IMG/VR virus record: IMGVR_UViG_3300036958_000333
Coordinates: 208,849 to 272,848 of that record
Reading direction: 5' to 3' (one strand)
DNA: 64,000 nucleotides
Source: a virus
Taxonomy: Duplodnaviria; Caudoviricetes
Part shown: positions 1 to 8,765 of the stretch, piece by piece
Layout: the number at the start of each line of letters is the position of its first letter
Numbering within the stretch: position 1 is the stretch's first letter
Made by a program: the position numbers and the translations under genes
The notes under the pieces: model-generated
Told to the model about the DNA's origin: nothing
The model's input: only the letters and a program-made list of their open reading frames with translations
Database searches by the model: none

Positions 1-3
1 GAT

Positions 4-375
4 ATGAAAAATAACAATATAGATTATATTTATAAGAAAAGCTATGTTTATACAATCAATAGGGTTTTTTGGGCACACGATAAAGACGTTCCAAAAAATG
101 ATCCGAGATATTGTAAATTAGAAATAATTGATTGTAATAAAATAAATAAAGATAAATATATGAAATCAAACAGACAATTTGACGCAAAAAATTTTATAAA
201 AGACTTTTCTAATCCAGAATTTTTAAAAACAAAAAAGAGTAAAAAGAATTTCTTTATAAAAGAAGAAATACCAGAATCAAACATTCCAAACGAACAAATC
301 GACCAAGAATGGAACAATAATCAAAAGGAAGGATCTTTAAATACAAAAATTGAAAGAAGAAGAACAAAAAATTGA
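4..375 (+). CDS. hypothetical protein
   Basis: 123-aa ORF, first of four tightly packed + strand ORFs; may extend beyond the window edge. Confidence 0.55.
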   Translation: MKNNNIDYIYKKSYVYTINRVFWAHDKDVPKNDPRYCKLEIIDCNKINKDKYMKSNRQFDAKNFIKDFSNPEFLKTKKSKKNFFIKEEIPESNIPNEQIDQEWNNNQKEGSLNTKIERRRTKN

Positions 376-643
376 ATTTCATCCATATGAAAATATTAAT
401 ATTAATTTTAAATCTAAGTATGTATTTTTATATTATGAAAATACTAAAAAAGATAAAATATTTTCCTTTTGCCAATTACTGATAAATAAATATAAAAATT
501 TTGGAATTATATATACAAACAGGGGAATATTAATTAATTTAGAAAAAGTTAATATTAATAAATTAAATATTAATGATTATGATAATATTATTAATAATGG
601 AATTATTGCTATAAAAAACGAATTAATAGAATATATTTATTAA
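350..643 (+). CDS. hypothetical protein
   Basis: 97-aa ORF with TTG start; its stop abuts the next ATG. Confidence 0.5.
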   Translation: MKEEEQKIEFHPYENININFKSKYVFLYYENTKKDKIFSFCQLLINKYKNFGIIYTNRGILINLEKVNINKLNINDYDNIINNGIIAIKNELIEYIY

Positions 644-1147
644 ATGTTAATAATTTCATATAAAAAACAAGATGAAAAATTAAACATATATGATCATAAA
701 AACACTTTATATATAATTAATAAAAAAGATATAGAAATTAACAAATTAATAGGAAAATTTGTAGAAATAATAAACGAAAATATAGAAAAAGAAATTATAA
801 ATATAATAACTAAATATTATAAAAAATTTAATTATATTTTGTTAATTAATAACAATATAATAAATTTTAGTCATATATTTGATTTAATAAATAAATTAAA
901 AGAACCATGGTTAATATGTGGAAATATTATTAAAGAAAAATATTATAATGACAAATTTATACCAGAACACTTTAATATTAATTGTTTATTAATAAATTGT
1001 AATAAAATAAATATAAGCGAAATAAAAGAACAAATAATAAAAGATATAAATTTTCCTATTTTTTCAAAAATAATATATTCGAATAGAAAAAAATGTATTG
1101 ATAAAAACATAATGAAAATAAATAAAAACAATTTAATAATAATTTAG
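644..1147 (+). CDS. hypothetical protein
   Basis: 167-aa Asn/Ile/Lys-rich ORF, coupled to the upstream stop. Confidence 0.55.
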   Translation: MLIISYKKQDEKLNIYDHKNTLYIINKKDIEINKLIGKFVEIINENIEKEIINIITKYYKKFNYILLINNNIINFSHIFDLINKLKEPWLICGNIIKEKYYNDKFIPEHFNINCLLINCNKINISEIKEQIIKDINFPIFSKIIYSNRKKCIDKNIMKINKNNLIII

Positions 1148-1155
1148 GAGATAAT

Positions 1156-1731
1156 ATGAAAATAAAAAATATTAATGAAATTGTACCTACAATTTCTTTA
1201 TTAAATGAAGAAGAAAAACAAAACGCAAAAAAAGAATGGTATACTATTTTACATGAAATGTTTGATTGGCAAAGAATGTTTGGAGATTATTGTTTTAAAA
1301 AAAATAATATAAAAGACAATGACGGAAATATATTAGAATTTAATACAATATTTAAAGAATTTCAAGAAAAAAAATTCGGACCAAATGATCTCCCAAACGA
1401 ATGGATAAAAAAATTTCACGAATGTATGGTAAAAGAATTAGAAGAAATAGAAGAATTATTACCATGGAAACATTGGTCTAAAGAATCTATTGGAGAAAAA
1501 ACATATAAAGATTTAACAAAAGACGAAAGACTAGGAATGTTAAAAATAGAACTTGTTGATATATGGCATTTTTTAATGAGCGCTATGATGTGTGTTGGAA
1601 TGGGACCAAAAGAATTACATGAATTGTATATTTCTAAAAATAAAGTTAATTTTGAAAGACAACAAAAAGAATATAATACAGCTAATAAAAACGAAGATGA
1701 TAATATAAATATAACAAAAAAAATTAACTAA
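1156..1731 (+). CDS. dimeric all-alpha dUTPase/dCTPase (T4 gp56-like)
   Basis: ELEE..E..PWKHW, IELVDIWHF and LY.SKNKVNFERQ..Y motifs; AGGAG Shine-Dalgarno upstream. Confidence 0.85.
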   Translation: MKIKNINEIVPTISLLNEEEKQNAKKEWYTILHEMFDWQRMFGDYCFKKNNIKDNDGNILEFNTIFKEFQEKKFGPNDLPNEWIKKFHECMVKELEEIEELLPWKHWSKESIGEKTYKDLTKDERLGMLKIELVDIWHFLMSAMMCVGMGPKELHELYISKNKVNFERQQKEYNTANKNEDDNINITKKIN

Positions 1732-2525
1732 ATTTTATAAAATTTATTATTTGAATATTCCATAAGTTGAAGTATTTTATTTGTTTTTTTCATATTAATC
1801 TCGTCTCTCCATATTCGTAATCTTGTATATTTTTTCAACAAATCTGAATAGATTTTAATAAAATCTTTATTAATAAAATGATCTATTATATGTACTGAAA
1901 ATTCATTACCAGAATTATAAATCATTTCTATTCCATCTAGAAATTCATGCATATTAAACATCTTTCCAGTAGGATGACAAGAAACTATAAATTTTATTTT
2001 TTTATTTATAATTTTTTTTAAATTATTAATATTATATATTGAAGTAAACAATAATATATTTTTAGAATATTCTAAAAGTATATCAATTATTTTATTAATA
2101 TTTTTATGCAACAAAGGTTCGCCTCCAGCTACTTCTATTATTAAATTAGAATTAGGAAAATTAACTTTAAAATCATTAAATAATTTTAAAGTTAATTCTA
2201 CTGGAATACTTTCTTTCGATAAATTGTTTGGATATTTTACACCACAATATACACAATCATTAAGACAAGTAGTAACTGGATGAAAACTCATTCTTATTAT
2301 AGAATTATTATATTCACTTGTCTTTTCTGATCTAGTAGTATATGATAAATCACAATCTATCTTGCATTCTTTATAATATTTACAACTAAAATCATTGCAT
2401 AATTTAAAATTATTTTTTATTGAATATATCTCTATATTTTTATGAAAAAACTTATGGCATCTAAATACTTTCCAATCATCTGTTTTTTCAATAACAAACC
2501 AATTATTTCCTGCAGAACAATACAT
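1728..2525 (-). CDS. radical SAM protein with N-terminal SPASM/twitch-like Cys domain
   Basis: CLNDCVYC (CxxxCxxC), AGGEPLLH; N-terminal CSAG..WFVI..V..CH...C..C...CD; paralog of 19865..20701. Confidence 0.85.
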   Translation of the reverse strand: MYCSAGNNWFVIEKTDDWKVFRCHKFFHKNIEIYSIKNNFKLCNDFSCKYYKECKIDCDLSYTTRSEKTSEYNNSIIRMSFHPVTTCLNDCVYCGVKYPNNLSKESIPVELTLKLFNDFKVNFPNSNLIIEVAGGEPLLHKNINKIIDILLEYSKNILLFTSIYNINNLKKIINKKIKFIVSCHPTGKMFNMHEFLDGIEMIYNSGNEFSVHIIDHFINKDFIKIYSDLLKKYTRLRIWRDEINMKKTNKILQLMEYSNNKFYKI

Positions 2526-2528
2526 ATA

Positions 2529-3662
2529 TTAAATTTTTTCAAATTTTTTTTCAATTTCAACATTATTTGATGATTTATATAAACTATAAATTGTAAAGTT
2601 TTTACATCTATGTCCAATACAGTGTTTTTCATAATAAATATTAAAATTATATTTTTTTTGAAAAACTTGTTGTTTAATGAATTTTTTAATTTCATCAATA
2701 TGATCATTATTATCTATATGAATATTAAATGTTTCTAAATCTTCTTGTTGAATTATTTGTAAATAATCATGTTTTTTTATTATATCCTTTAATATTATTA
2801 ATTTATCAGTAAAATCTATTAATTCTCCTTTGTGGTTATATAAACATGTAATCATACATGGTTCAAAATTAAATTTTCTATAATAACTTCCACATTCACA
2901 TAAATGAAATTCGTTTTCTAAAGGATAAATATTATCTGGATTTCCATCTTTTTCATTCCACCAAGTATTATAAAAATTAAATAAATCTATTATTTTTCTA
3001 TCTTCTGTACAATAAAACAGATTTTCCATCCAATGCATGTTTCCATATGGACAAGTATAAAAAGCAGTACCTTCTTTCCAACTCCTCATTTGATTAACAT
3101 ATGGTATACCTAATTCTTTTAATATATTAAAATCAAAATATTTATTATCTGTTTCAGTTGTAGATATTACAGACGCTGTATTTTTAATCAAATCTATAAA
3201 ATTATCATATCTTAAAAGTTCATGTAATGTCATAGGAGTACATATATAACAAACATTGTTTAAATAATAAAAATCTTTTAAATTATTATATGGATTAATA
3301 TAAAAAGCTTTTCCCTCGGATTGTATTTCTTTGTCATTAATATATGAATTGATATTATATATTCTTAAATATAACTTGTTTTGTACATTATAAAATCTAT
3401 GCATATAATTCCATATCAAATCACATATAATTCTAAAATTTGGACCCCATTTATACATAACATGAGAACATTTAGTTGATCCATTAGATTTTAATTTTAC
3501 ATAATTACAAAAGTTATTTTTTAATTTTTTATATATTTTTTCTAGATCATATAAGTGTTTATATGAAATTTTATTTTCTTGAATAAAATATCCTAAATTT
3601 TTTATACTATCTATTGGATTATTTATATATTCTTCATATTTTTTTATATATTCGTTATACAT
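2529..3662 (-). CDS. CapK/phenylacetate-CoA ligase (PaaK)-like adenylate-forming protein, divergent
   Basis: KSNGST (degenerate TSGST loop), FYTCPYGNMH, CECG and LQIIQ C-terminal motifs typical of the PaaK/CapK family. Confidence 0.55.
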   Translation of the reverse strand: MYNEYIKKYEEYINNPIDSIKNLGYFIQENKISYKHLYDLEKIYKKLKNNFCNYVKLKSNGSTKCSHVMYKWGPNFRIICDLIWNYMHRFYNVQNKLYLRIYNINSYINDKEIQSEGKAFYINPYNNLKDFYYLNNVCYICTPMTLHELLRYDNFIDLIKNTASVISTTETDNKYFDFNILKELGIPYVNQMRSWKEGTAFYTCPYGNMHWMENLFYCTEDRKIIDLFNFYNTWWNEKDGNPDNIYPLENEFHLCECGSYYRKFNFEPCMITCLYNHKGELIDFTDKLIILKDIIKKHDYLQIIQQEDLETFNIHIDNNDHIDEIKKFIKQQVFQKKYNFNIYYEKHCIGHRCKNFTIYSLYKSSNNVEIEKKFEKI

Positions 3663-3680
3663 ATATTTAAAATTTTTATT

Positions 3681-4481
3681 TTATGTTTTTGTGTTATAAA
3701 ATAAATCATAATATTTTTCTTTATATTTATATAAATCTAAACTAGTAACATGTAAAAAATCAAATTTTTTAAAATATTTGATATTATCAGTATTAAATGT
3801 TTTATTAGTACATACATCTAAAATAATTCCAGTATTTATATTTAATCTAGTATAAGTAAGATTAAATATATTATTATATAATAAATTATATAAATTAGTT
3901 ATCCTATATTTTAATAATAAATAAGCCATTAATATTTCATCATTTCCTTGATATATAGGAAAATTATTAATACATTTATAATATTTTTTTGCTTCATTTA
4001 ATAAATTATAAATAGTTTGATTATTTTTAATTTCTTTTTTTAATATTTTTATAAAAAAATCAAAATATTTTTTTGAAAATAAAATTAAAAAAAATTTAAT
4101 ATAACTATAATAATCTTTTTTAAAATTATTTATATCAAAAACGGAAAACATGAATTTATCTTTTATATTGTAATTTCTATTTTTATTTAAATTATTTTTT
4201 AGTTTTAATATTTTATTTTCAAAATCTAAACGATTTATATTTAATATTGTATCAATATCTAATATAAAATAATAATCATATTTATTTAATAAATTATTGT
4301 TTATTGAAAATATAGTATAAAATCTTTCTATATAAGTATCATTTATGTTTTCAATTTTATTTTCTAATAATATACAATCATATCCATTGTTTTTACAATG
4401 AAATTCTTGCATTTTATATGCATCATAATAACTATTATATAATTTATTTTTACATATTGAAAATATACACAATACAGACAT
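3681..4481 (-). CDS. putative GT-A glycosyltransferase (GT34-like)
   Basis: C..NGYD, YDY..ILDID (DxD), NDE..M and late FLH motifs; paralog of 7942..8751. Confidence 0.5.
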   Translation of the reverse strand: MSVLCIFSICKNKLYNSYYDAYKMQEFHCKNNGYDCILLENKIENINDTYIERFYTIFSINNNLLNKYDYYFILDIDTILNINRLDFENKILKLKNNLNKNRNYNIKDKFMFSVFDINNFKKDYYSYIKFFLILFSKKYFDFFIKILKKEIKNNQTIYNLLNEAKKYYKCINNFPIYQGNDEILMAYLLLKYRITNLYNLLYNNIFNLTYTRLNINTGIILDVCTNKTFNTDNIKYFKKFDFLHVTSLDLYKYKEKYYDLFYNTKT

Positions 4482-4501
4482 AAATATTATATATTATTTA
4501 A

Positions 4502-4897
4502 ATAAGAGTTGTTGTTAATAATTATTAATTATACTGATTTAAAAGCTATTGATATATCATAATAATTTTCATCTTCATAACAAGAATAATTCCAACAACA
4601 AGAAATAAATTTAATATCTTTATTTAATACTTCTTTTAATGAAGATTTCAACTTAATAACATAATCACTATCATTTGCAATATATTCTGGCAATTCGTCT
4701 TCTGTTATTGTAAAATGAATATCTATTTCACTTTTTTGAATATTTTTTGATGTTAAAAATTGAGACCCAGAAATTTTTAAATTCGTTAGATTTTTTGAAA
4801 ACGCAGAATTTAAAAAATTTTTAATACTATCTACGAGTTTTTCATTTTTCATATTTTACCTCCAGCCTGAAAAATTGGCATTAACAACAACTCTTAT
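4502..4897. repeat. 18-bp perfect inverted repeat pair bracketing gene 4529..4852
   Basis: ataagagttgttgttaat (4502-4519) and attaacaacaactcttat (4880-4897) are exact reverse complements; pairing extends outward past a bulge (ttattta 4494-4500 / taaataa 4900-4906). Confidence 0.85.
4529..4852 (-). CDS. hypothetical protein
   Basis: 107-aa ORF with strong GGAGGT Shine-Dalgarno. Confidence 0.75.
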   Translation of the reverse strand: MKNEKLVDSIKNFLNSAFSKNLTNLKISGSQFLTSKNIQKSEIDIHFTITEDELPEYIANDSDYVIKLKSSLKEVLNKDIKFISCCWNYSCYEDENYYDISIAFKSV

Positions 4898-4915
4898 AAT
4901 AAATAAGAAATATTA

Positions 4916-5239
4916 TTAGTCTTTTTTTATAATATTTATAAAATTTTCATCATTTAATAATTCACATGGATTGTCTGGCAATTTTCTATAATATAAATAA
5001 TATACATATTCATATATTTTTATACATGTATCAGGATCTGCTAAATGTAATAATTTATGATGATTTGAACATAACATTACTATATTTATAGAACTATCTT
5101 TTCCTCCAAGACATATTGGATTAACATGATGATATTCTTTTTTTTCTTGAGAATCACAACAAACACACTTTCCTTTTTGTCTTTGTTTAATAAACTCTTT
5201 TAATTGTTTGTTTAATTTATTTCTTTTCTTTATTTCCAT
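4916..5239 (-). CDS. HNH endonuclease
   Basis: CVCC, EYHHVNP..LGG....N...LC.NHH..LH; start set at the ATG of MEIKK (ORF track starts at 5251). Confidence 0.85.
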   Translation of the reverse strand: MEIKKRNKLNKQLKEFIKQRQKGKCVCCDSQEKKEYHHVNPICLGGKDSSINIVMLCSNHHKLLHLADPDTCIKIYEYVYYLYYRKLPDNPCELLNDENFINIIKKD

Positions 5240-5933
5240 AATATTTGTCAAATATACTTATTATTTTATTAGAAATATCATCATGATTATCTAGTATTTT
5301 ATCATTTGGCATAAGTTCTAATACTTTTTTTATTTTATATGGAGGGATTTCTTTATACCATACTCTTCTTTTTAATACATAAATATAAAAATATAAATAA
5401 GAATTTGCACCTCTAATATATTTATCTATTTTTATTGGAAGATCAAAGTCTTTAATCATTTTAACGGTTCTTTTTTCACAATCTCTTTCGCATTCTAATG
5501 TTCTTTTAACATATTCTTTTATTTTATTTTTTGAAAACTCTTTTCCCGTTATCCAATCATCCATCAGGGAACTAACATCTACTTTTTTTCCTTTTACATT
5601 ATCATATAATATATTCCAATACTTTGATTTTTCAACCCATTGTCTATAATGACAAAATTCATGAACAAAAATAGGAAACCATTCGTCTATATCATTACCA
5701 ATTGCACATATAAATTCGGGATAATTATTATAAGAAAAATAACCTATTGATTTCTCATTATCTTTATAATGAATAAACTTTTTATCTAAAAAACGTATTT
5801 TAACATTATTATCAGACATTTCCTTTATAGCATATTTTATGAATTTATCTATTTTATTATTATTTTTATATATTGATTTATATACAAAAAGATTATTATT
5901 AGATTCATTTATATATTCACTAAATTTCTTCAT
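5217..5933 (-). CDS. putative zinc metallopeptidase-like protein with capsid-targeting-like N-terminus
   Basis: VHEFCHYRQ (HEXXH) with downstream E..CE; N-terminus MKKFSEYINE. Confidence 0.6.
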   Translation of the reverse strand: MKKFSEYINESNNNLFVYKSIYKNNNKIDKFIKYAIKEMSDNNVKIRFLDKKFIHYKDNEKSIGYFSYNNYPEFICAIGNDIDEWFPIFVHEFCHYRQWVEKSKYWNILYDNVKGKKVDVSSLMDDWITGKEFSKNKIKEYVKRTLECERDCEKRTVKMIKDFDLPIKIDKYIRGANSYLYFYIYVLKRRVWYKEIPPYKIKKVLELMPNDKILDNHDDISNKIISIFDKYYGNKEKK

Positions 5934-5972
5934 ATATATTTTTTATTATATATTAAAAAATATACAATTAAT

Positions 5973-6953
5973 TTATTTTAATTTATTTACTTGTTTTTCA
6001 ATCCAAGGATATGTCTTTTTTATACCATCTTCTAGATTATATTTAGCTTTCCATCCTAACGAATATATCTTTTCATTGCTAAAATTTCTAGATTCTACAC
6101 CAACAGGTCCATCAATGTAATTTATATTAATCTTCTTTTTAGCCACTTTTGCTACAACATTAACTAAATCATTAACAGATGAATATTCTGGAGATCCTAT
6201 ATTAACAGGGACAGAAATATCAGAATCTACTAATAAAATAATACCGTCAATTAAATCATCAATATAAGTATAACTACGAACAGCTTGTCCTAAGCTGTTT
6301 GGATTACTCCATATATCTATAGTTCCTCCATCTTCTACTTCTGCAACTTTCCTACATATTGCTGCTGGAGCTTTTTCTTTTTTATTATTCCAAGCTCCAT
6401 ATGGACCATAGGTATTCTGAAATCTAGCTATTCTAGGATGAAAACCATACTTTCTAGCATAATTTAATATTAAACGTTCAGCATATAATTTTTCCCATCC
6501 ATATTCATTTTCAGGAATTGCCGGATAAGAATCTTCTTCCTTTAATTCAGGTTCACCTATTTTCATATCTCTATAAACACAAACAAATGAAGAAAAGAAA
6601 TATTTTGGAATACCCAGTTTAGATATAGAATTAATTATATTAACATTAATTAATGTATTATCATAAACAATTTCTTGTTCTTTATTAAAAATCCAACCCA
6701 TTCCCCCCATGTTTGCTGCAAAATTAAAACATATATCACATGGTTTTCCATTTATCAATAATGAATCATAACAATTTTCTGAAAATCTTAAATCTAGTAT
6801 TTTAAACTCATCAACTGGTATATTTCTAAATTCATGATATTTAATATCTACTCCTCTCACAAAGTATCCTAATTCTTTTAATTTATAACAAATATGTCCT
6901 CCAATAAATCCTCCTGCTCCACAAACAACTGCTTTTTTCATTAATTCCTCCAT
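5973..6953 (-). CDS. NAD-dependent nucleotide-sugar epimerase, GDP-mannose 3,5-epimerase-like
   Basis: GAGGFIG, FAANMGGMG, YGWEK (YxxxK), EKAPAAICRKV and RSYTYIDD motifs. Confidence 0.9.
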   Translation of the reverse strand: MEELMKKAVVCGAGGFIGGHICYKLKELGYFVRGVDIKYHEFRNIPVDEFKILDLRFSENCYDSLLINGKPCDICFNFAANMGGMGWIFNKEQEIVYDNTLINVNIINSISKLGIPKYFFSSFVCVYRDMKIGEPELKEEDSYPAIPENEYGWEKLYAERLILNYARKYGFHPRIARFQNTYGPYGAWNNKKEKAPAAICRKVAEVEDGGTIDIWSNPNSLGQAVRSYTYIDDLIDGIILLVDSDISVPVNIGSPEYSSVNDLVNVVAKVAKKKININYIDGPVGVESRNFSNEKIYSLGWKAKYNLEDGIKKTYPWIEKQVNKLK

Positions 6954-6956
6954 AAT

Positions 6957-7856
6957 TTATATATTTAAATAAGTTTCTATCTTATTTATTAAATTTCCTA
7001 CATTTATATTTTTAAAACAATATGGTATATCATAATTTTTTCTATGACAATTGGATAATATCCTACACGGACAAGATTTTATTATATTTTTATATTTTAT
7101 TTGATCATCATCTTTTAATTGTATTATTTTCATAGAATTTTGTTTAGTTATTATTCTTGGAATAGTTGGTCCAAAAATTCCAACAACATTATTATTTTTG
7201 AAAGCACTAGCTATATTTAAATATATATTATCTGTACAAATTATATATTTTGAATTACTCATAATATCAAATATTTCATTTAAATTTAAAAAATATTTTA
7301 ATATTTTTTTAGCCCAATAATCATTAGAATAATCAAAAAATGGTATTGCTAATATTTTAATATCAAAACCTTTAATAATAAAATGATCATATATTTTTTT
7401 TTCTATTTCTTCTGGCAAAGCTGTTTTTTTATAACCGTTACAACAAATTATCATTGATTTATTATTTAAATTATTATATAACATAGATATGTTTAAAGGA
7501 TACTCTATTCCAATTTCTTTTGATAGTTCTATATGATTTGTATAAATAGAATCATAACTTATTATTTTATAAACATGAAGTGGTTTTGAGTTTTTATGAA
7601 GATTATAATATTTAATAGGTTCTAAAATCCAATTTTTTAAATTTTCACTACAAGATATGAATATATCTAAATCTATATTATTATTTTTACAATGATTATA
7701 TAAAGCAAGAGATAAAAGTAATGTTTGTATAAATATAATTAAATCAAAACCTTCATATTTAAAAACTATTTTTTTATTTTCAGATATATATATAGGCAAA
7801 GGATAATTATTAATTGTTTCCTTTTTTCTAATATTTAACTTATTTAATTTTATCAT
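6957..7856 (-). CDS. GT9 (heptosyltransferase-like) glycosyltransferase
   Basis: ICTDN..LNIASA, VVGIFGPT and C-terminal CPC...C...C; start set at the ATG of MIKL (ORF track starts at 7904). Confidence 0.7.
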   Translation of the reverse strand: MIKLNKLNIRKKETINNYPLPIYISENKKIVFKYEGFDLIIFIQTLLLSLALYNHCKNNNIDLDIFISCSENLKNWILEPIKYYNLHKNSKPLHVYKIISYDSIYTNHIELSKEIGIEYPLNISMLYNNLNNKSMIICCNGYKKTALPEEIEKKIYDHFIIKGFDIKILAIPFFDYSNDYWAKKILKYFLNLNEIFDIMSNSKYIICTDNIYLNIASAFKNNNVVGIFGPTIPRIITKQNSMKIIQLKDDDQIKYKNIIKSCPCRILSNCHRKNYDIPYCFKNINVGNLINKIETYLNI

Positions 7857-7941
7857 TATTAAAAAATAAGAAAATTTCAATAAATATTTTATATAATAAA
7901 ACAAATAAATTGAATATTATTCATAATAATTTTAATTATTT

Positions 7942-8751
7942 TTACATTTTTTTAAAAAAGTTTTTTCTTTTATTTTTTCTTTTATTTAATAATTTATTGA
8001 AATCATATGTATAATATTTTTCTTTATTTTTACTAATTTCTAAAAATGCAATATGAATAATATCTGTTACAGGAGGTATTTTATTAAAATCTTCAGTAAA
8101 AGTTTTATCTGAAATATTTAAAAAACATGATTTAAAAATATTATTAGTATCAAAACTAAATATGTTTAACGTTTTATATTTTATTAAATGATATGCCATT
8201 AATTTTTCATCTTCACAAGACCATTTTGCTATTCTATCAATAAATTCATAATATTTGTTTGCTCTATCTAAGGAGATCATAATATCTGATTTGTTTTTCA
8301 ATTCATTTTTTAATTGTTTTATAAAAAATTTAAAATATTTCTGCGAAAAACATATATGACAAAATCTAATATAACTTCCTTCATTATTTTTTAAATCAAT
8401 TATACTAAAATAAGATAATACAAATTTATCTTTTATATTATAGTTTTTATTTTCATTTAAATAATTTTTTAATTTTAATACTTTTTTTTTATATTCAGTA
8501 CAATTAATATTTAATATAATATCAATATCTAAAATAACATAATAATCATATTTATCTAGTAAATTATCATTTATAGAAAGTAAAGTACAAAACCTTTCAA
8601 TCCAAACATTATTTATACCTTTAATATTGTTTTCTAACAATATACAGTCATATCCTTTTTGTTTACATATATTTTCTTGTATTTTATATGCGCTGTAATA
8701 ATCATTATAAAATTCATTCTTGCATATTGAAAATATACATAAAATTGACAT
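7942..8751 (-). CDS. putative GT-A glycosyltransferase (GT34-like), paralog of 3681..4481
   Basis: MSILCIFSICKN, GYDCILLE, YDYYVILDID, EDEKLMAY; start taken from the paralog alignment. Confidence 0.5.
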   Translation of the reverse strand: MSILCIFSICKNEFYNDYYSAYKIQENICKQKGYDCILLENNIKGINNVWIERFCTLLSINDNLLDKYDYYVILDIDIILNINCTEYKKKVLKLKNYLNENKNYNIKDKFVLSYFSIIDLKNNEGSYIRFCHICFSQKYFKFFIKQLKNELKNKSDIMISLDRANKYYEFIDRIAKWSCEDEKLMAYHLIKYKTLNIFSFDTNNIFKSCFLNISDKTFTEDFNKIPPVTDIIHIAFLEISKNKEKYYTYDFNKLLNKRKNKRKNFFKKM

Positions 8752-8765
8752 ATATATATATATGT
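8748..8765. repeat. 18-nt perfect palindrome containing two divergent ATG start codons
   Basis: acatatatatatatatgt; minus-strand ATG at 8751 and plus-strand ATG at 8762. Confidence 0.75.

Noticed and set aside
4916-5239. HNH gene as part of a group I intron
   Set aside because: Neighbouring genes are complete and no intron core sequence was recognisable; treated as free-standing
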